NCBI GenBank assembly: GCA_021323945.1
Contig: JAJPKA010000003.1
Location: 133,429 to 197,428 of the forward strand
Direction: 5' to 3'
DNA: 64,000 bases
Source: Pseudomonadota bacterium
Lineage (GTDB): Bacteria > Desulfobacterota > Binatia > Binatales > Binataceae
Shown: piece by piece, positions 9,857-20,256 of the stretch
How the letters are laid out: every line of letters begins with the position of its first letter
How positions within the stretch are numbered: the stretch's first letter is position 1
Notes under the pieces: generated by a model
What the model saw: only the letters and a program-made list of their open reading frames with translations
Database searches by the model: none
What the model was told of the DNA's origin: nothing
Program-made: the position numbers and the translations under genes

Positions 9857-9927
9857 TCGGCAAATGAAGTTTCCACCACTAGAGCAAGCTCCAGCGAAAG
9901 CTGCTTAATCGGAGGAGAAGTCGCGCT

Positions 9928-12900
9928 ATGATGTGGTTGGTTCGCTTGGCATTGCGGCGGCCGATTTCAGTCGCCGTGATGGCGCTCTTGATGCTGGTCT
10001 TGGGAACCCTCTCATTTGAGTTGATGAATGTCGACATTTTTCCGGCGATCAATCTGCCGGTGGTGATGGTGGTGTGGAACTACCCGGGACTATCGACGAT
10101 CCAGACTGAGCGCACGATGATCTGGATCAGTGAACGCGCGTATTCGACTACGGTCAACGATATCGACCACATCGACTCAGAGGCGATGGATGGCCTGGGA
10201 ATCCTCAAGGTTTACTTCCATCCAGGCGCTGATCTGGGTTCGGCCATTGCCCAGATCAACAGCGTCTCGGAGACGCTGCTGACGATTCTGCCGCGCGGGA
10301 CACAAGCTCCCCAGATAATTTCCTACGACGCCTCCAACGTGCCGGTGGCGCAATTGAATATCGATAGCGACCGGCTGTCGCAGCAACAGCTGTTTGATTA
10401 CGGGCTGAACTTCGTCCGCATCCAGCTCTTCACTATTCCCGGCTTCTCCAGTCCTGCGCCCCTGGGCGGCGTGCAACGCCAGGTAATGGTCAACCTTAAT
10501 CCCACGGCGCTCTACGCAGCCGGACTTTCGCCCGCCGACGTAGGTAACGCAATGGCCCAGGCCAACGTGGTCATTCCGTCGGGCAACGCCTGGATTGGTA
10601 ACTACGAGTACAACGTCGATTTGAATATGATGCCGGCCAGCATGGCCGGTTTTAACAAGCTGCCGCTCGCGCTGGTTAATGGCGTGCCGATTCATGTCGG
10701 CGACGTGGCTCCGGTGTCAGATACTCATCCGCCGCAGACGAACCTGGTGCGCATCAACGGCAAGGCCGGCATCTATCTGATGGTTATCAAGCATGCCGCG
10801 GCGTCGACCCTGAGCGTCGTCGACGCTGTCAAAGCGCGAATACCCCAGATCGTGGCGGCCCTTCCTCCAGCACTGAAAGGACTCAAGCTGGATCTAACCT
10901 TTGATCAGTCAAAATTTGTACGTGCTGCGCTATGGGAGGTCGTGCGGGAGTCAGCTATTGCGGCCACGCTGGTCGCACTGATGACCCTGCTTTTCCTGGG
11001 TTCGCCGCGCAGCATGCTGATCGTTATTATCTCGATTCCGCTTTCCATCCTGACCGCGATCGTGGGCCTTAAGCTGTCGGGGCAGACCCTTAATATCATG
11101 ACGCTCGGCGGGCTGGCGCTGGTCGTAGGGATGTTGGTGGATGATGCTACGGTAGAAATCGAAAACATTCATCGCAACCAGGCACTACACAAGCCTTTGC
11201 TGACGGCAATCCTTGACGGCGCCGGACAAATCGCAACGCCGACCCTGGTGGGCACGCTATCCATCTGTATCGTCTTTTTTCCGGTGGTATTACTGTCGGG
11301 TGTCGCCAAGTACCTCTTCACGCCGCTCGCGATGGCCGTAGTGTACGCGATGCTTACTTCCTATCTATTATCGCGGACGCTGGTTACGACCATGGCGCAT
11401 CACATCCTGCCCGCCGAACACCAGGAACACGCCGGAAATGGCTGGTGGGATCGGTTTGCGCGTGGTTTCGGTGCGGTGTTCAATCGGTTCGCGGAACGCT
11501 ATCGCGCGGCGCTTAGCGGCTTCATCGAGCAACGAGGACTAACTCTCCCAGCGGTCGGGCTTATGGTCATGTTTTCGTTGTTGCTTGTGAAGGTCGCCGG
11601 AGAGGACTTCTTTCCAGCAGTTGATGCAGGCATGATGCGGTTGCACATTAGGGCGCCCAGCGGAACCAGGCTCAGCCGTACCGAATTCATAGTGGACCAG
11701 ATTGAGCGCGCAATCCGAGGGTTGATTCCGCATGATGAGCTCCAGAGCATCAGTGACAACATCGGCATACCGATTTCTTATGATCTGGCTTTCTACCAGA
11801 CTGACAGTACCGGCCCGCAGGACGCCGATGTAATGATTCAACTCGCCGCCCGGCATCATCCTACGGCGATGTACGAATCGCGCATCCGCCAGATGTTGCG
11901 GCAGGACTATCCTAACGTGACAGCTTATTTTCAAGCTGCCGACATTGTCAGCCAGGTGCTGAATTTCGGTCTGCCAGCTGCACTTGATGTCCAAATCAGC
12001 GGCAACGATTTGAACCGCGATTTTATGATCGCGCAGCGCCTGCAGAATCAGGCAGAGCAAATCCCCGGCATCGTTGACCTTCGTATTGCTGAACCACTCG
12101 ACTACCCCGCTCTGAAGGTGAATGTCGACCGGGACCGCGCGCTGCAACTGCACGTCACCGAGGAGCAGGTGGCTTCAGCACTACTTACTGCCCTGAGTGG
12201 CAATTCGCTGTTGCAACCAACCTTCTGGCTGGATCCCGGAAACGGGGTCAATTACAACGTAATCTCGCAAATGCCGCGTCATTACGTGGATTCGGTGCAG
12301 GCGCTTAGGCAGATCCCCATTGTGGGTTCCGCAGCTACGGCCACTACCAGCGGGCTGCAATCGGGTATATATGGAGCGCCGACTTCGCAGCCTGGTTTTA
12401 ACACGACCTATACGCCGCCCAGCCAACTGCTGGGCAATGTCGCGACCATCACTCACAGCGTCGACCCCTCGGTCGTTGCTCATTACAATGTTCAGCGGGT
12501 GATCGACCTCAACGCTGGTGTCGCAGGGCGCGACCTGGGCAGCGCAACGGACGCTATGCGTCGTGCGATCACCGCTTTGGGGCCGCTTCCTCCAGGAACC
12601 CGCATCGCTATCCGAGGTCAAAGCCAAGCAATGGAGCAAGCTTTCGGCATCCTCGAACGCGGTATCATCCTGTCAACGATCCTGGTTTACCTGTTGATGG
12701 CGGCCAATTTTCAGTCATGGCTGGAACCTTTTATCATTATCATGGCGGTGCCTGGTGCTCTGGCCGGAGTGCTTTGGATGCTGGTGCTGACGGGCACAAC
12801 AATTAATGTCGAATCGCTGATGGGGGCGATCATGGCCGTTGGAGTGGGCGTGGCTAACGGCAATCTCCTGATTACATTCGCCAACGACCTGCGTGAAGAA

Positions 12901-13188
12901 GGCTATGACCCGGTTGATGCAGCTATTACGGCTGGCCATATCCGTTTACGGCCTATTTTGATGACTGCGCTCGCCATGATCCTGGGCATGCTGCCGATGG
13001 CTCTGGGGTTAGGAACGGGCTCGGAGCTTAACGCTCCTCTCGGCCGAGCTGTCATCGGCGGGTTGCTCGGCGCGACGCTGATGACGCTGTTCGTCGTACC
13101 GGCGGTGTACTCCATCTTGGGCCGCCAATTGAAGACTAAGCGTGAGAGAGATGCTGAGATCGATGCAGCTACTTTACCCGGAGCCTGA
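9928..13188 (+). CDS. RND multidrug efflux permease (HAE1, AcrB/AcrD/MexB-like)
   Basis: 1086 aa with 12-TM RND architecture and a conserved TM4 region (LGGLALVVGMLVDDATVEIENIHRN). Strong RBS GGAGGA before the ATG. Confidence 0.9.
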   Translation: MMWLVRLALRRPISVAVMALLMLVLGTLSFELMNVDIFPAINLPVVMVVWNYPGLSTIQTERTMIWISERAYSTTVNDIDHIDSEAMDGLGILKVYFHPGADLGSAIAQINSVSETLLTILPRGTQAPQIISYDASNVPVAQLNIDSDRLSQQQLFDYGLNFVRIQLFTIPGFSSPAPLGGVQRQVMVNLNPTALYAAGLSPADVGNAMAQANVVIPSGNAWIGNYEYNVDLNMMPASMAGFNKLPLALVNGVPIHVGDVAPVSDTHPPQTNLVRINGKAGIYLMVIKHAAASTLSVVDAVKARIPQIVAALPPALKGLKLDLTFDQSKFVRAALWEVVRESAIAATLVALMTLLFLGSPRSMLIVIISIPLSILTAIVGLKLSGQTLNIMTLGGLALVVGMLVDDATVEIENIHRNQALHKPLLTAILDGAGQIATPTLVGTLSICIVFFPVVLLSGVAKYLFTPLAMAVVYAMLTSYLLSRTLVTTMAHHILPAEHQEHAGNGWWDRFARGFGAVFNRFAERYRAALSGFIEQRGLTLPAVGLMVMFSLLLVKVAGEDFFPAVDAGMMRLHIRAPSGTRLSRTEFIVDQIERAIRGLIPHDELQSISDNIGIPISYDLAFYQTDSTGPQDADVMIQLAARHHPTAMYESRIRQMLRQDYPNVTAYFQAADIVSQVLNFGLPAALDVQISGNDLNRDFMIAQRLQNQAEQIPGIVDLRIAEPLDYPALKVNVDRDRALQLHVTEEQVASALLTALSGNSLLQPTFWLDPGNGVNYNVISQMPRHYVDSVQALRQIPIVGSAATATTSGLQSGIYGAPTSQPGFNTTYTPPSQLLGNVATITHSVDPSVVAHYNVQRVIDLNAGVAGRDLGSATDAMRRAITALGPLPPGTRIAIRGQSQAMEQAFGILERGIILSTILVYLLMAANFQSWLEPFIIIMAVPGALAGVLWMLVLTGTTINVESLMGAIMAVGVGVANGNLLITFANDLREEGYDPVDAAITAGHIRLRPILMTALAMILGMLPMALGLGTGSELNAPLGRAVIGGLLGATLMTLFVVPAVYSILGRQLKTKRERDAEIDAATLPGA

Positions 13189-13226
13189 CCGTCCGCACAC
13201 CTTCCTATCGCGGCAGTAATCCGGCT

Positions 13227-14393
13227 ATGACAAACGCTACCTCAAGAGATGTAATGGGCCATCGCTACGGCGCCGGCACCGTTCTGCGATGGGTGATGGC
13301 TGTGCTGGGAGTCATGGTGGCTGCCGGTGGCTTGGTTTATGCGCGCCAGCGCGAGCTTCGCTTACAAACGAGCCAACTTGAGGCATCGTTGCAACAAGGC
13401 GTACCCGTGTTAGTCGAGCGCGCATCCGCAGCACCGACCAACGAAACGTTGGACCTGCCCGCCACAATCCACGGATACGTGGAAACCCCGGTTTACGCCA
13501 AGATCCCGGGTTATCTCAAGTCGATCCGGGTTGACAAAGGAGACCGCGTAACTGAAGGCGAACCGATCGCTGTTTTGGAATCTCCCGAAACTGATAAGCA
13601 GGTGGCTGACGCACGTGCCAATTATTGGCTGCAGTTGGTTACTGACCGCCGTGACCAGCAACTGGTAAGCCAAGGGGTCATACCTCAACAGACCGCCGAC
13701 AATCAGCACGCATTGATGTTGCAGGCAAGGGCTACGCTTCAGCAATTGCTCGCCATGCAAGCCTACGAGGTCATCAGGGCTCCGGTCAGTGGCCTCATCA
13801 CAGCACGCTATGCCGACCCCGGGACGTTGATTCCCCAGGTCACAACACCGGCGACAGCCACGCCGATTGTAGCAATTACAACGATCCATCCGGTGCGCGT
13901 GTACGCCTTCGTGCCTCAAGATATCTCTCCTTTGATTAAAAATGGCGATCCCGCTCAATTGACTGTTCCCTCATACCCGGGCCGGATCTTCGAAGGCAGC
14001 ATCACGCGCCACCCCACTGCACTCGACGCCAACAATCTGACGATGCTGGTCGAGATGGATTTGCCCAATCGCAGCGCCGAACTTTATCCCGGCATGTATG
14101 GCAGACTTCATCTGCGTGTTGTCAATCATGCCGCAGTAGCTACGGTTCCGGATGATGCATTAGTTTTCCGGAACGATCACGCTTACGTGCCAGTGGTACG
14201 GAATGGGAAGCTGCATTTAGCTCCCGTCACTCTAGGCAACGACACAGGCTACACGGTTCAGGTGACGAATGGGCTCAAGCCGGGAGACCTCATAGCGCTT
14301 AATGTCGGCGGTGCGGCACGCGAAGGAGAACGCGTGCACGCTATAATGCTGCAAAGCACGGGGACAACAAATCCGCACGGAGTGACTGACTAA
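13227..14393 (+). CDS. RND efflux periplasmic adaptor (membrane fusion protein, HlyD family)
   Basis: N-terminal TM anchor followed by a coiled-coil/lipoyl/beta-barrel pattern (PATIHGYVETPVYAKIPGYLKSIRVDKGDRVTEGEPIAVLESPE). Lies immediately downstream of the RND gene. Confidence 0.8.
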   Translation: MTNATSRDVMGHRYGAGTVLRWVMAVLGVMVAAGGLVYARQRELRLQTSQLEASLQQGVPVLVERASAAPTNETLDLPATIHGYVETPVYAKIPGYLKSIRVDKGDRVTEGEPIAVLESPETDKQVADARANYWLQLVTDRRDQQLVSQGVIPQQTADNQHALMLQARATLQQLLAMQAYEVIRAPVSGLITARYADPGTLIPQVTTPATATPIVAITTIHPVRVYAFVPQDISPLIKNGDPAQLTVPSYPGRIFEGSITRHPTALDANNLTMLVEMDLPNRSAELYPGMYGRLHLRVVNHAAVATVPDDALVFRNDHAYVPVVRNGKLHLAPVTLGNDTGYTVQVTNGLKPGDLIALNVGGAAREGERVHAIMLQSTGTTNPHGVTD

Positions 14394-14778
14394 GCGCCAC
14401 GAAAAACTGCCCGCAGAACGGCTTCTTTCATGAACCGCCAGGACAGCCACGACCATACCGGCCTTGCATTTACCCAACTTGTCGATCGTCCCCAATGCGG
14501 CTGACTGCTCCGACCGGCTTTCGTAGCCGCCAGAGGCCGGGTACCCTGAACAGTAAAATTTTATCGAGGCCGGCTGGTTAATGGCGCCGCCGGCCGATGA
14601 ACAAGACGGCGGCGAAGACTTTGAACGTCCCCACGCCATGTCCGGCCGGGGCTCTGAGCGTCAAAACCCGCGTTGTGCTAAAAGAATGATGACCGGCGGT
14701 GAAGAAGACGGCTGCCGGTCAACACGACCAAATTCGACTGTGATTTAGGAATCGCGACTAACGACGAAGGAACGGGCG

Positions 14779-15924
14779 ATGAAGTACGAAGTTATCTCGG
14801 CCGATTGCCATATCGATTTGATCTGGCTCCCGCCGGATCTTTTCACCTCCAACGCGCGTAAAGAGCTAAAGGACCGTATGCCCTACGTAACCGAGACCTC
14901 CAAGGGTCCGCGCTGGGTTTCAAAAAATGGGGGCAATTTCGGCCTCGTAAACGGCATGGGCTCGGCGGGCCGCGAATACGTGCCCGGCCAAATCCATCGT
15001 TCCGATCGGATGGCATCGACTGGCCTTTATGAAGACGGGCGCAAGGGCATCCGTCGACTCACAGATCCCGAGTTGCGTCTTAAGGATCAAGACCGCGACG
15101 GCGTCCAGGCGGAAGTGCTTTATGGGATTCTGGGTGCCAGTATGCGGCTCAACGACGACGAGGCGGCTACCGAGATGCTTCGAATTTACAACGACTGGCT
15201 AGCCGACTTCGGCCGCACCCACCCCGAACGCTACGCACCTCTCGCCTGCATTCCAAGCCACGATATTGATGCAGCGGTTGAGGAAGTCAAACGAGTGGCA
15301 AAGCGAGGCGTTGTGCGGGGGCTCGAAATCGCCAACCGGCTGGGTATGAAACCCCTTTACGATCCGTGGTGGGAACCTTTGTGGGAGGTCGCCGCCGAGA
15401 CCCGGCTGCCCTTGCATCTGCACACAATCGGCGGCAATTTGCCGGATTTCAACAAGCTTGAGCCTAAAGTACAACGCGCTGCGTTCGCTACCGCCATTTC
15501 CAGCTTCCAGATGTATATGGCGATACCTCTCATGTCGATCATTTTCGCAGGCGTTCTCGAGCGCCATCCCGAAATCCGTCTCGTCATTGGCGAAAGTGGG
15601 ATCGGCTGGATTCCTTATGCTCTCGATCACATGGATCTGGAATGGGAGGACCAGTTTAAGGACCTCGACCTTAAGATGCGGCCAAGTGAGTACTGGCGCC
15701 GCCAATGCTACGCGACTTATCAAACGGATCGAATCGGAATCAAAATGCTCGACGAAATCGGCGAGGATAACATCATGTGGGGTTCAGACTTCCCCCATCC
15801 CGATGGGGTTTGGCCGGATTCGCAGGAATACATTCGCCGCGAATTGGGCCATCTCCCGGAAAGAGTTCGACGCAAGATAATTTGTGAAAACGCTGGCAAG
15901 CTGTACGGCTTCTTGCCCAATTGA
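14779..15924 (+). CDS. Amidohydrolase_2 (PF04909; ACMSD/LigW/gamma-resorcylate-decarboxylase-like) metal-dependent hydrolase/decarboxylase
   Basis: ISADCHIDL metal-binding start, internal HLH, and C-terminal WGSDFPHPD, all diagnostic of the ACMSD-like TIM-barrel family. Confidence 0.8.
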   Translation: MKYEVISADCHIDLIWLPPDLFTSNARKELKDRMPYVTETSKGPRWVSKNGGNFGLVNGMGSAGREYVPGQIHRSDRMASTGLYEDGRKGIRRLTDPELRLKDQDRDGVQAEVLYGILGASMRLNDDEAATEMLRIYNDWLADFGRTHPERYAPLACIPSHDIDAAVEEVKRVAKRGVVRGLEIANRLGMKPLYDPWWEPLWEVAAETRLPLHLHTIGGNLPDFNKLEPKVQRAAFATAISSFQMYMAIPLMSIIFAGVLERHPEIRLVIGESGIGWIPYALDHMDLEWEDQFKDLDLKMRPSEYWRRQCYATYQTDRIGIKMLDEIGEDNIMWGSDFPHPDGVWPDSQEYIRRELGHLPERVRRKIICENAGKLYGFLPN

Positions 15925-16156
15925 ACCGTCCCTCCATCAAGATTGCATCGCCGGCTTCCGGATCGATCCTCTCCGCATGCTGAGGGCTCGCACGCGTGGC
16001 CCATCGGATGAGCCGACGCGAAATCCGATGAGCCACGATTGAGCCGGTAGCGCTCAAACCGCTAATGCCCGCAACACCTGTGAGGCCCAGCTTAAACGAG
16101 CGTGATGGTGCGAAGATTATTACGCGCGTTGGCAGCAAGCGACGCGGCTCCTCAAA

Positions 16157-16981
16157 CTATGCGGCCTTGCGCAGTAGGCGGGGCAGGGCAAATTCATACC
16201 GCACGGTGTAGTATGGTCGGTCAAATCCCCTCTGCTTGAAGTCAGCCGGATCCTCATGCTTGTCGAGTGTCGTGATTAGGGACTCCTTAACAGCTCCCAC
16301 CACATCGGAGTCGATCCATGGATCGCCAGTGAAAAACAACTGGGTGGTCAGTGTCTCGCATAGATCGTGCGTGATACGTAAATGCAAATGGGCCGGCCTC
16401 CAGGGGTGACGCCCGATTGCCCGCAGCAATGCTCCGGTCGGACCATCACTTGGTACCTGATACGGCGCGGGCACCCGTGTCTGGACCTCAAATTCACCCC
16501 TTTCATCAGCAATCACGCGGGCGCGAAGGTTCCATGGAGCCTCGGACTCAGGAATATTGAAATGAGAATAGGCGCCTTGAGCGTCCGATTGCCAGATATC
16601 GAGCATTGCGCCGCCCAACGGTTCGCCATCGACCGCTCGGACGCAGCCGGACAACAGCAAAATGTCGCCTGGCTCCTTTGGCCGCTGAGGCAACACACAT
16701 GGCGACTTTAAGAGGGGAGCATTAGGGAGATAGAAGGGGCCCTCGACCGAGGTTTCTGTGCCGCTTCGTCCCTGAGCATCTACTTGGTCCACCGTCGCTT
16801 CGAGAAAGACGTCAAACAGCAAAGGTATCTCACCCTTCGCAGCGGTCTCAACGAAGAAGCCGACGGCGCGCCGGTATTCCTCGTGACTGATCCGGTGTTT
16901 GCGGATAATTCCTCGCAAACTTGTGAGCAGCGCTTCGACAATTTCGGTGAGCCTGGGGTCACCGGTCTGTGCTGTCGCCAT
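16157..16981 (-). CDS. Intradiol ring-cleavage dioxygenase (hydroxyquinol/catechol 1,2-dioxygenase-like)
   Basis: GPFYLPNAPLL...GDILLLSGCVRAVDGEPLGGAMLDIWQSDAQGAYSH...RPAHLHLRI covers the intradiol dioxygenase core and the His/Tyr iron ligand region. An N-terminal helical domain is present. Confidence 0.8.
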   Translation of the reverse strand: MATAQTGDPRLTEIVEALLTSLRGIIRKHRISHEEYRRAVGFFVETAAKGEIPLLFDVFLEATVDQVDAQGRSGTETSVEGPFYLPNAPLLKSPCVLPQRPKEPGDILLLSGCVRAVDGEPLGGAMLDIWQSDAQGAYSHFNIPESEAPWNLRARVIADERGEFEVQTRVPAPYQVPSDGPTGALLRAIGRHPWRPAHLHLRITHDLCETLTTQLFFTGDPWIDSDVVGAVKESLITTLDKHEDPADFKQRGFDRPYYTVRYEFALPRLLRKAA

Positions 16982-17077
16982 TGCGTCCTCCGTACCGAAC
17001 TTAAATTGCAGCTACCCTGATCGGGTCAAAGAACACCTTTTTGCGATAGTCTCACTCCGCTCTCCTCAATATTCCTC

Positions 17078-17632
17078 TCAACTGTCGCTCGTGCTCACCT
17101 GGAGAGCCAGCCACGGCGGCCTCAGGCGCACGATTCGTCGGTACACGGGGCAGTCTTTCTGGTGTGCACCGGGCAGATAGCCAATGCTCAAGAGGAACTC
17201 ACCAGTTATCTCTCCACCCGTGAAGGCGAAGGTCTTTTTGAATAGCTTAACCCATTCGGGCCTGCTCCGTGGATGATGGGCCGCAAGCCATCCTGCAAAC
17301 GAACCGTATTCGACGCGTAGCTCGCATATCCGTCTCGCATTCTTGATAGCCGCATCGATCTTAAGACGATTGCGCACTATCGTTGGGTCGTGGAGCAACC
17401 TGTTGCGGTCGTTCACTCCGTAGTTGGCCACCCGATCAACTTCGAAATTGTCGTACGCTCGCCGGAAATTGTTCCGCTTGGCAAGAATAGTTGTCCACGA
17501 CAGGCCAGCTTGATTTATCTCCAGAACCAGACGTTCGAATAGCTCGGCCTCGTTGGTTGTCGGAAAGCCATATTCGCAGTCGTGATAAGGGCCGTGGAGC
17601 GGATGGTCGGGCGCAATCGTGCAGTAATTCAT
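17078..17632 (-). CDS. tag: DNA-3-methyladenine glycosylase I
   Basis: MNYCTIAPDHPLHGPYHDCEYGFPTTNEAELFERLVLEINQAGLSWTTILAKRNNFRRAYDNFEVDRVANY matches Tag (Zn-binding C..H..H..C plus HhH) over its whole length. Confidence 0.8.
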   Translation of the reverse strand: MNYCTIAPDHPLHGPYHDCEYGFPTTNEAELFERLVLEINQAGLSWTTILAKRNNFRRAYDNFEVDRVANYGVNDRNRLLHDPTIVRNRLKIDAAIKNARRICELRVEYGSFAGWLAAHHPRSRPEWVKLFKKTFAFTGGEITGEFLLSIGYLPGAHQKDCPVYRRIVRLRPPWLALQVSTSDS

Positions 17633-17683
17633 TGGGCTCGGTGTGGCGAATTCAGTTTTAGCTTAATAGACTTCCAGCTTTCT

Positions 17684-18919
17684 ATGAACATGCGACCTGA
17701 CTTGCCTGATCCTCGACTTGACTCCACCAAATCGTGGTTAATGGCCGGGCTTGCATTCGTCACCTGCCTGATGGTTTTCGGCGTCATCTACAGCTTCGGC
17801 GCATTCTTCAACCCGATGGCTAACGAATTCAACGCAAGTCGCGCTACCACCTCAACGGTCTTTGCGATTACCGCCGCCATTTACAACCTGCTCGGAGTCG
17901 TTGGTGGCCATCTTTGCGACCGTTTTGGTCCGCGACCGGTGGTCCTGGCCGGCGCACTTACGATGGGCGCAGGATTGTTGGCGACTTCATACATCGACCG
18001 GCTGTGGTTGATTTACCTCACCTATGGCGTCGGGATTGGACTGGGTGTTGCCTTGTCATACGTGCCGATGCTCGCGGTAGTCGGCGGATGGTTTGTGCGT
18101 TGGCGCAATACCGCAATGGGGGTGGCAGTATCGGGTATCGGCTGCGGCACCTTGCTGTTCGCACCGGCGGCGGCATGGCTGATCGAGCGATGGGGCTGGC
18201 GCGACGCCTACGCGACGCTGGCAGTCATATCCGCCTTTTCTTTAGCACTGTGTGGTTTGTTGGCCGAAGCGCCACCCGTGGCCAGCAGGAGCGTACCAAT
18301 CCATTTCTGGCAATCAGCTCGCACGCCCAATTTCGGGCGTCTGTATTTTTCGTCCGTCCTGATCTCAGTTGCCATATATACACCGTTTGTGTATTTGCCG
18401 GATTTCGCTCAAAGCCTGGGGATCAGCGATGTCCGCGCCGCCTCTCTGGTTGGCTTGATCGGTGCTGCCAGTGTCGCTGGGCGCCTTGTGCTTGGCACCA
18501 TAGCCGATCGAACGGGGATTATCCCGCTTTACAAGTTCAGCACGATTGGCCTGGCATTGAGTTATGGGCTTTGGATCTTGTCTCATTCGTACGGCCTGCT
18601 CGTTGTTTTCGCCTCGATGATGGGCGTCGCTTACGGAGGTCTCGTTGCGCTCTCGCCGGCCGTGATGGCCGAATTGTTTGGAGTGGAAGGTCTTGGCACG
18701 ATGCTGGGTGCTCTGTTTACCAGTTCCGCAATCAGTTCGTTAGTTGGCCCGCCGTTGGTCGGCTTCTTGATGGATCGAACCGGCAAGATCATATGGCCGC
18801 CATTGCTTGCCAGCATTTCGGGAATGATAGCGTTTGTGATTCTTATTCCGCTCGGCACACCGAGCGGACAACGCAAGGCACGAGACGCGCGACAGTCAGC
18901 TATGGAAGGAATGCACTGA
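17684..18919 (+). CDS. MFS transporter (oxalate/formate-antiporter-like subfamily)
   Basis: 12 predicted TM segments. FGVIYSFGAFFNPMANEF near the N-terminus is typical of OFA-type MFS proteins. The start is taken at the internal ATG at 17684 (MNMRPD), clear of tag. Confidence 0.8.
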   Translation: MNMRPDLPDPRLDSTKSWLMAGLAFVTCLMVFGVIYSFGAFFNPMANEFNASRATTSTVFAITAAIYNLLGVVGGHLCDRFGPRPVVLAGALTMGAGLLATSYIDRLWLIYLTYGVGIGLGVALSYVPMLAVVGGWFVRWRNTAMGVAVSGIGCGTLLFAPAAAWLIERWGWRDAYATLAVISAFSLALCGLLAEAPPVASRSVPIHFWQSARTPNFGRLYFSSVLISVAIYTPFVYLPDFAQSLGISDVRAASLVGLIGAASVAGRLVLGTIADRTGIIPLYKFSTIGLALSYGLWILSHSYGLLVVFASMMGVAYGGLVALSPAVMAELFGVEGLGTMLGALFTSSAISSLVGPPLVGFLMDRTGKIIWPPLLASISGMIAFVILIPLGTPSGQRKARDARQSAMEGMH

Positions 18920-19046
18920 AACCCAGCGGACAAGATTTGGCCTCGGTCAATCATCTCTAATTCGCGTGAACTCCCGTGCGATAGTGAAGGCGGCAGTTGC
19001 CGAAACCCTTAACTCTGCGCAGCAGAAGGCGGGAAAACGTTAAGTT

Positions 19047-19574
19047 ATGAGCGTGAATGGACAGACCGCACTGGCCATCCTGGCCGCCTTTGGTGTTATA
19101 GGGCTACTGGCGCTGATGGGAGCATATCTGGTTATCGGAATGGCTTGGGACCAGAGCCCGCTTCGCGCCAACACGGCGCGGTCTGACGGCCGCCCTACGG
19201 GATGGACTCTAGTCGGCCGTGCGTTGGCGTTGCGCTGCCCCAGATGTGGCATCGGAACGATTTTCGACTCTCGCTTCCGCATGCGCACGCATTGCCGGCA
19301 GTGCGGGGTTGTATTCTGGAAGAGCGAAGGCGAATGGCTCGGACCCGCGGTGATCGATTATTCTGTTGCGACCGCGAGCGGCCTGGTCACCTGGGCGGCT
19401 TTGGTTCTGGCAGGATTTTCGCCGATCGCCCAATTCATTTGTGCGAGTTCTGCCGCGTTAATAATGGCGGCCGCGCTCTCGCGATGGTCCCGCAGCTTCT
19501 GGACTCTCCTGCTGTATATTTCCGGCGACCTCACTCAAACTCATGATTTAGCCAAAAACGAATCGGCGGAATAA
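19047..19574 (+). CDS. DUF983-like small membrane protein with zinc ribbon (CPRCG...CRQCG)
   Basis: Two CxxC pairs (LRCPRCGIGTIF...HCRQCGVVFW) flanked by hydrophobic TM segments, as in DUF983 proteins. Confidence 0.55.
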   Translation: MSVNGQTALAILAAFGVIGLLALMGAYLVIGMAWDQSPLRANTARSDGRPTGWTLVGRALALRCPRCGIGTIFDSRFRMRTHCRQCGVVFWKSEGEWLGPAVIDYSVATASGLVTWAALVLAGFSPIAQFICASSAALIMAAALSRWSRSFWTLLLYISGDLTQTHDLAKNESAE

Positions 19575-19599
19575 GTCGTTGGACCTGATGGATTATCGA

Positions 19600-20256
19600 T
19601 TAGATGATTAGCGACAGCACACCCGCTATTATCAGTGCTCCAGCCCAAATCAGGTCGAGGTTAATCCACGCTGTGCGCAGGATTTTGAGGCCGGCCCATT
19701 CGTACACCGCATAAGCGATTACCCCCATGACAATCAGCATCGCGGCAGTATGGAGGAGAATGATCCCGCCAGTTTGCGCAACACTCAGGCCGCTATGGGC
19801 GGTTTCGGCCAGCACCATCGCATCATGGTGACTGTGGAGCGCCACTCTGGCCGCACCCAGGTTCAACAAGATGGGGAAAAGCATCAGACCTGCGCCATGA
19901 GCGGTCGCCATCAAAAAGGACCAGGCACCCAGCTCTATCAAGTTTACACGCATCGCGACCCAACGCGGATGCATGCGCGGACGCCACAGCCGAAACACCC
20001 CAAATGCAATAAGCGCTGCCGCACCGAGAAGCCGCACCTGGCGCGGCGCCGGCCTCATAGCCAATAAAATCGAGCCGACGACCAATGCCAGCGAAAGCAG
20101 ATGACCAATCGCTATCGGAAAGAGGGCTTCGATAACTTTCGTTCTGCGCCGCTCTTGAAGACCGAGAGCGACCGCGAACAGCCATCCCATCGAGGGATCT
20201 GCACCGTGATAGGCCCCGAGCAGCGCGACGGCTAACCACGGCCACGATTCACTCAT
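19600..20256 (-). CDS. Polytopic integral membrane protein of unknown function, His-rich (HGAD, HGAGL, HSHHD motifs)
   Basis: About six hydrophobic segments. Its ATG overlaps the stop of the upstream SBP56 gene (ATGA, 20253-20256), which implies translational coupling. Confidence 0.55.
   Translation of the reverse strand: MSESWPWLAVALLGAYHGADPSMGWLFAVALGLQERRRTKVIEALFPIAIGHLLSLALVVGSILLAMRPAPRQVRLLGAAALIAFGVFRLWRPRMHPRWVAMRVNLIELGAWSFLMATAHGAGLMLFPILLNLGAARVALHSHHDAMVLAETAHSGLSVAQTGGIILLHTAAMLIVMGVIAYAVYEWAGLKILRTAWINLDLIWAGALIIAGVLSLII

Noticed and set aside
10177-12639. Several minus-strand ORFs (10177..10695, 11539..12153, 12181..12639) inside the RND permease gene
   Set aside because: They are embedded antisense in a 1086-aa gene with unmistakable RND architecture. 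No family features; shadow ORFs.
17914-18960. 348-aa plus-strand ORF overlapping the MFS transporter in another frame
   Set aside because: Arg/Gly/Cys-rich translation typical of off-frame reading of GC-rich coding DNA. The MFS frame shows clear TM periodicity and family motifs.
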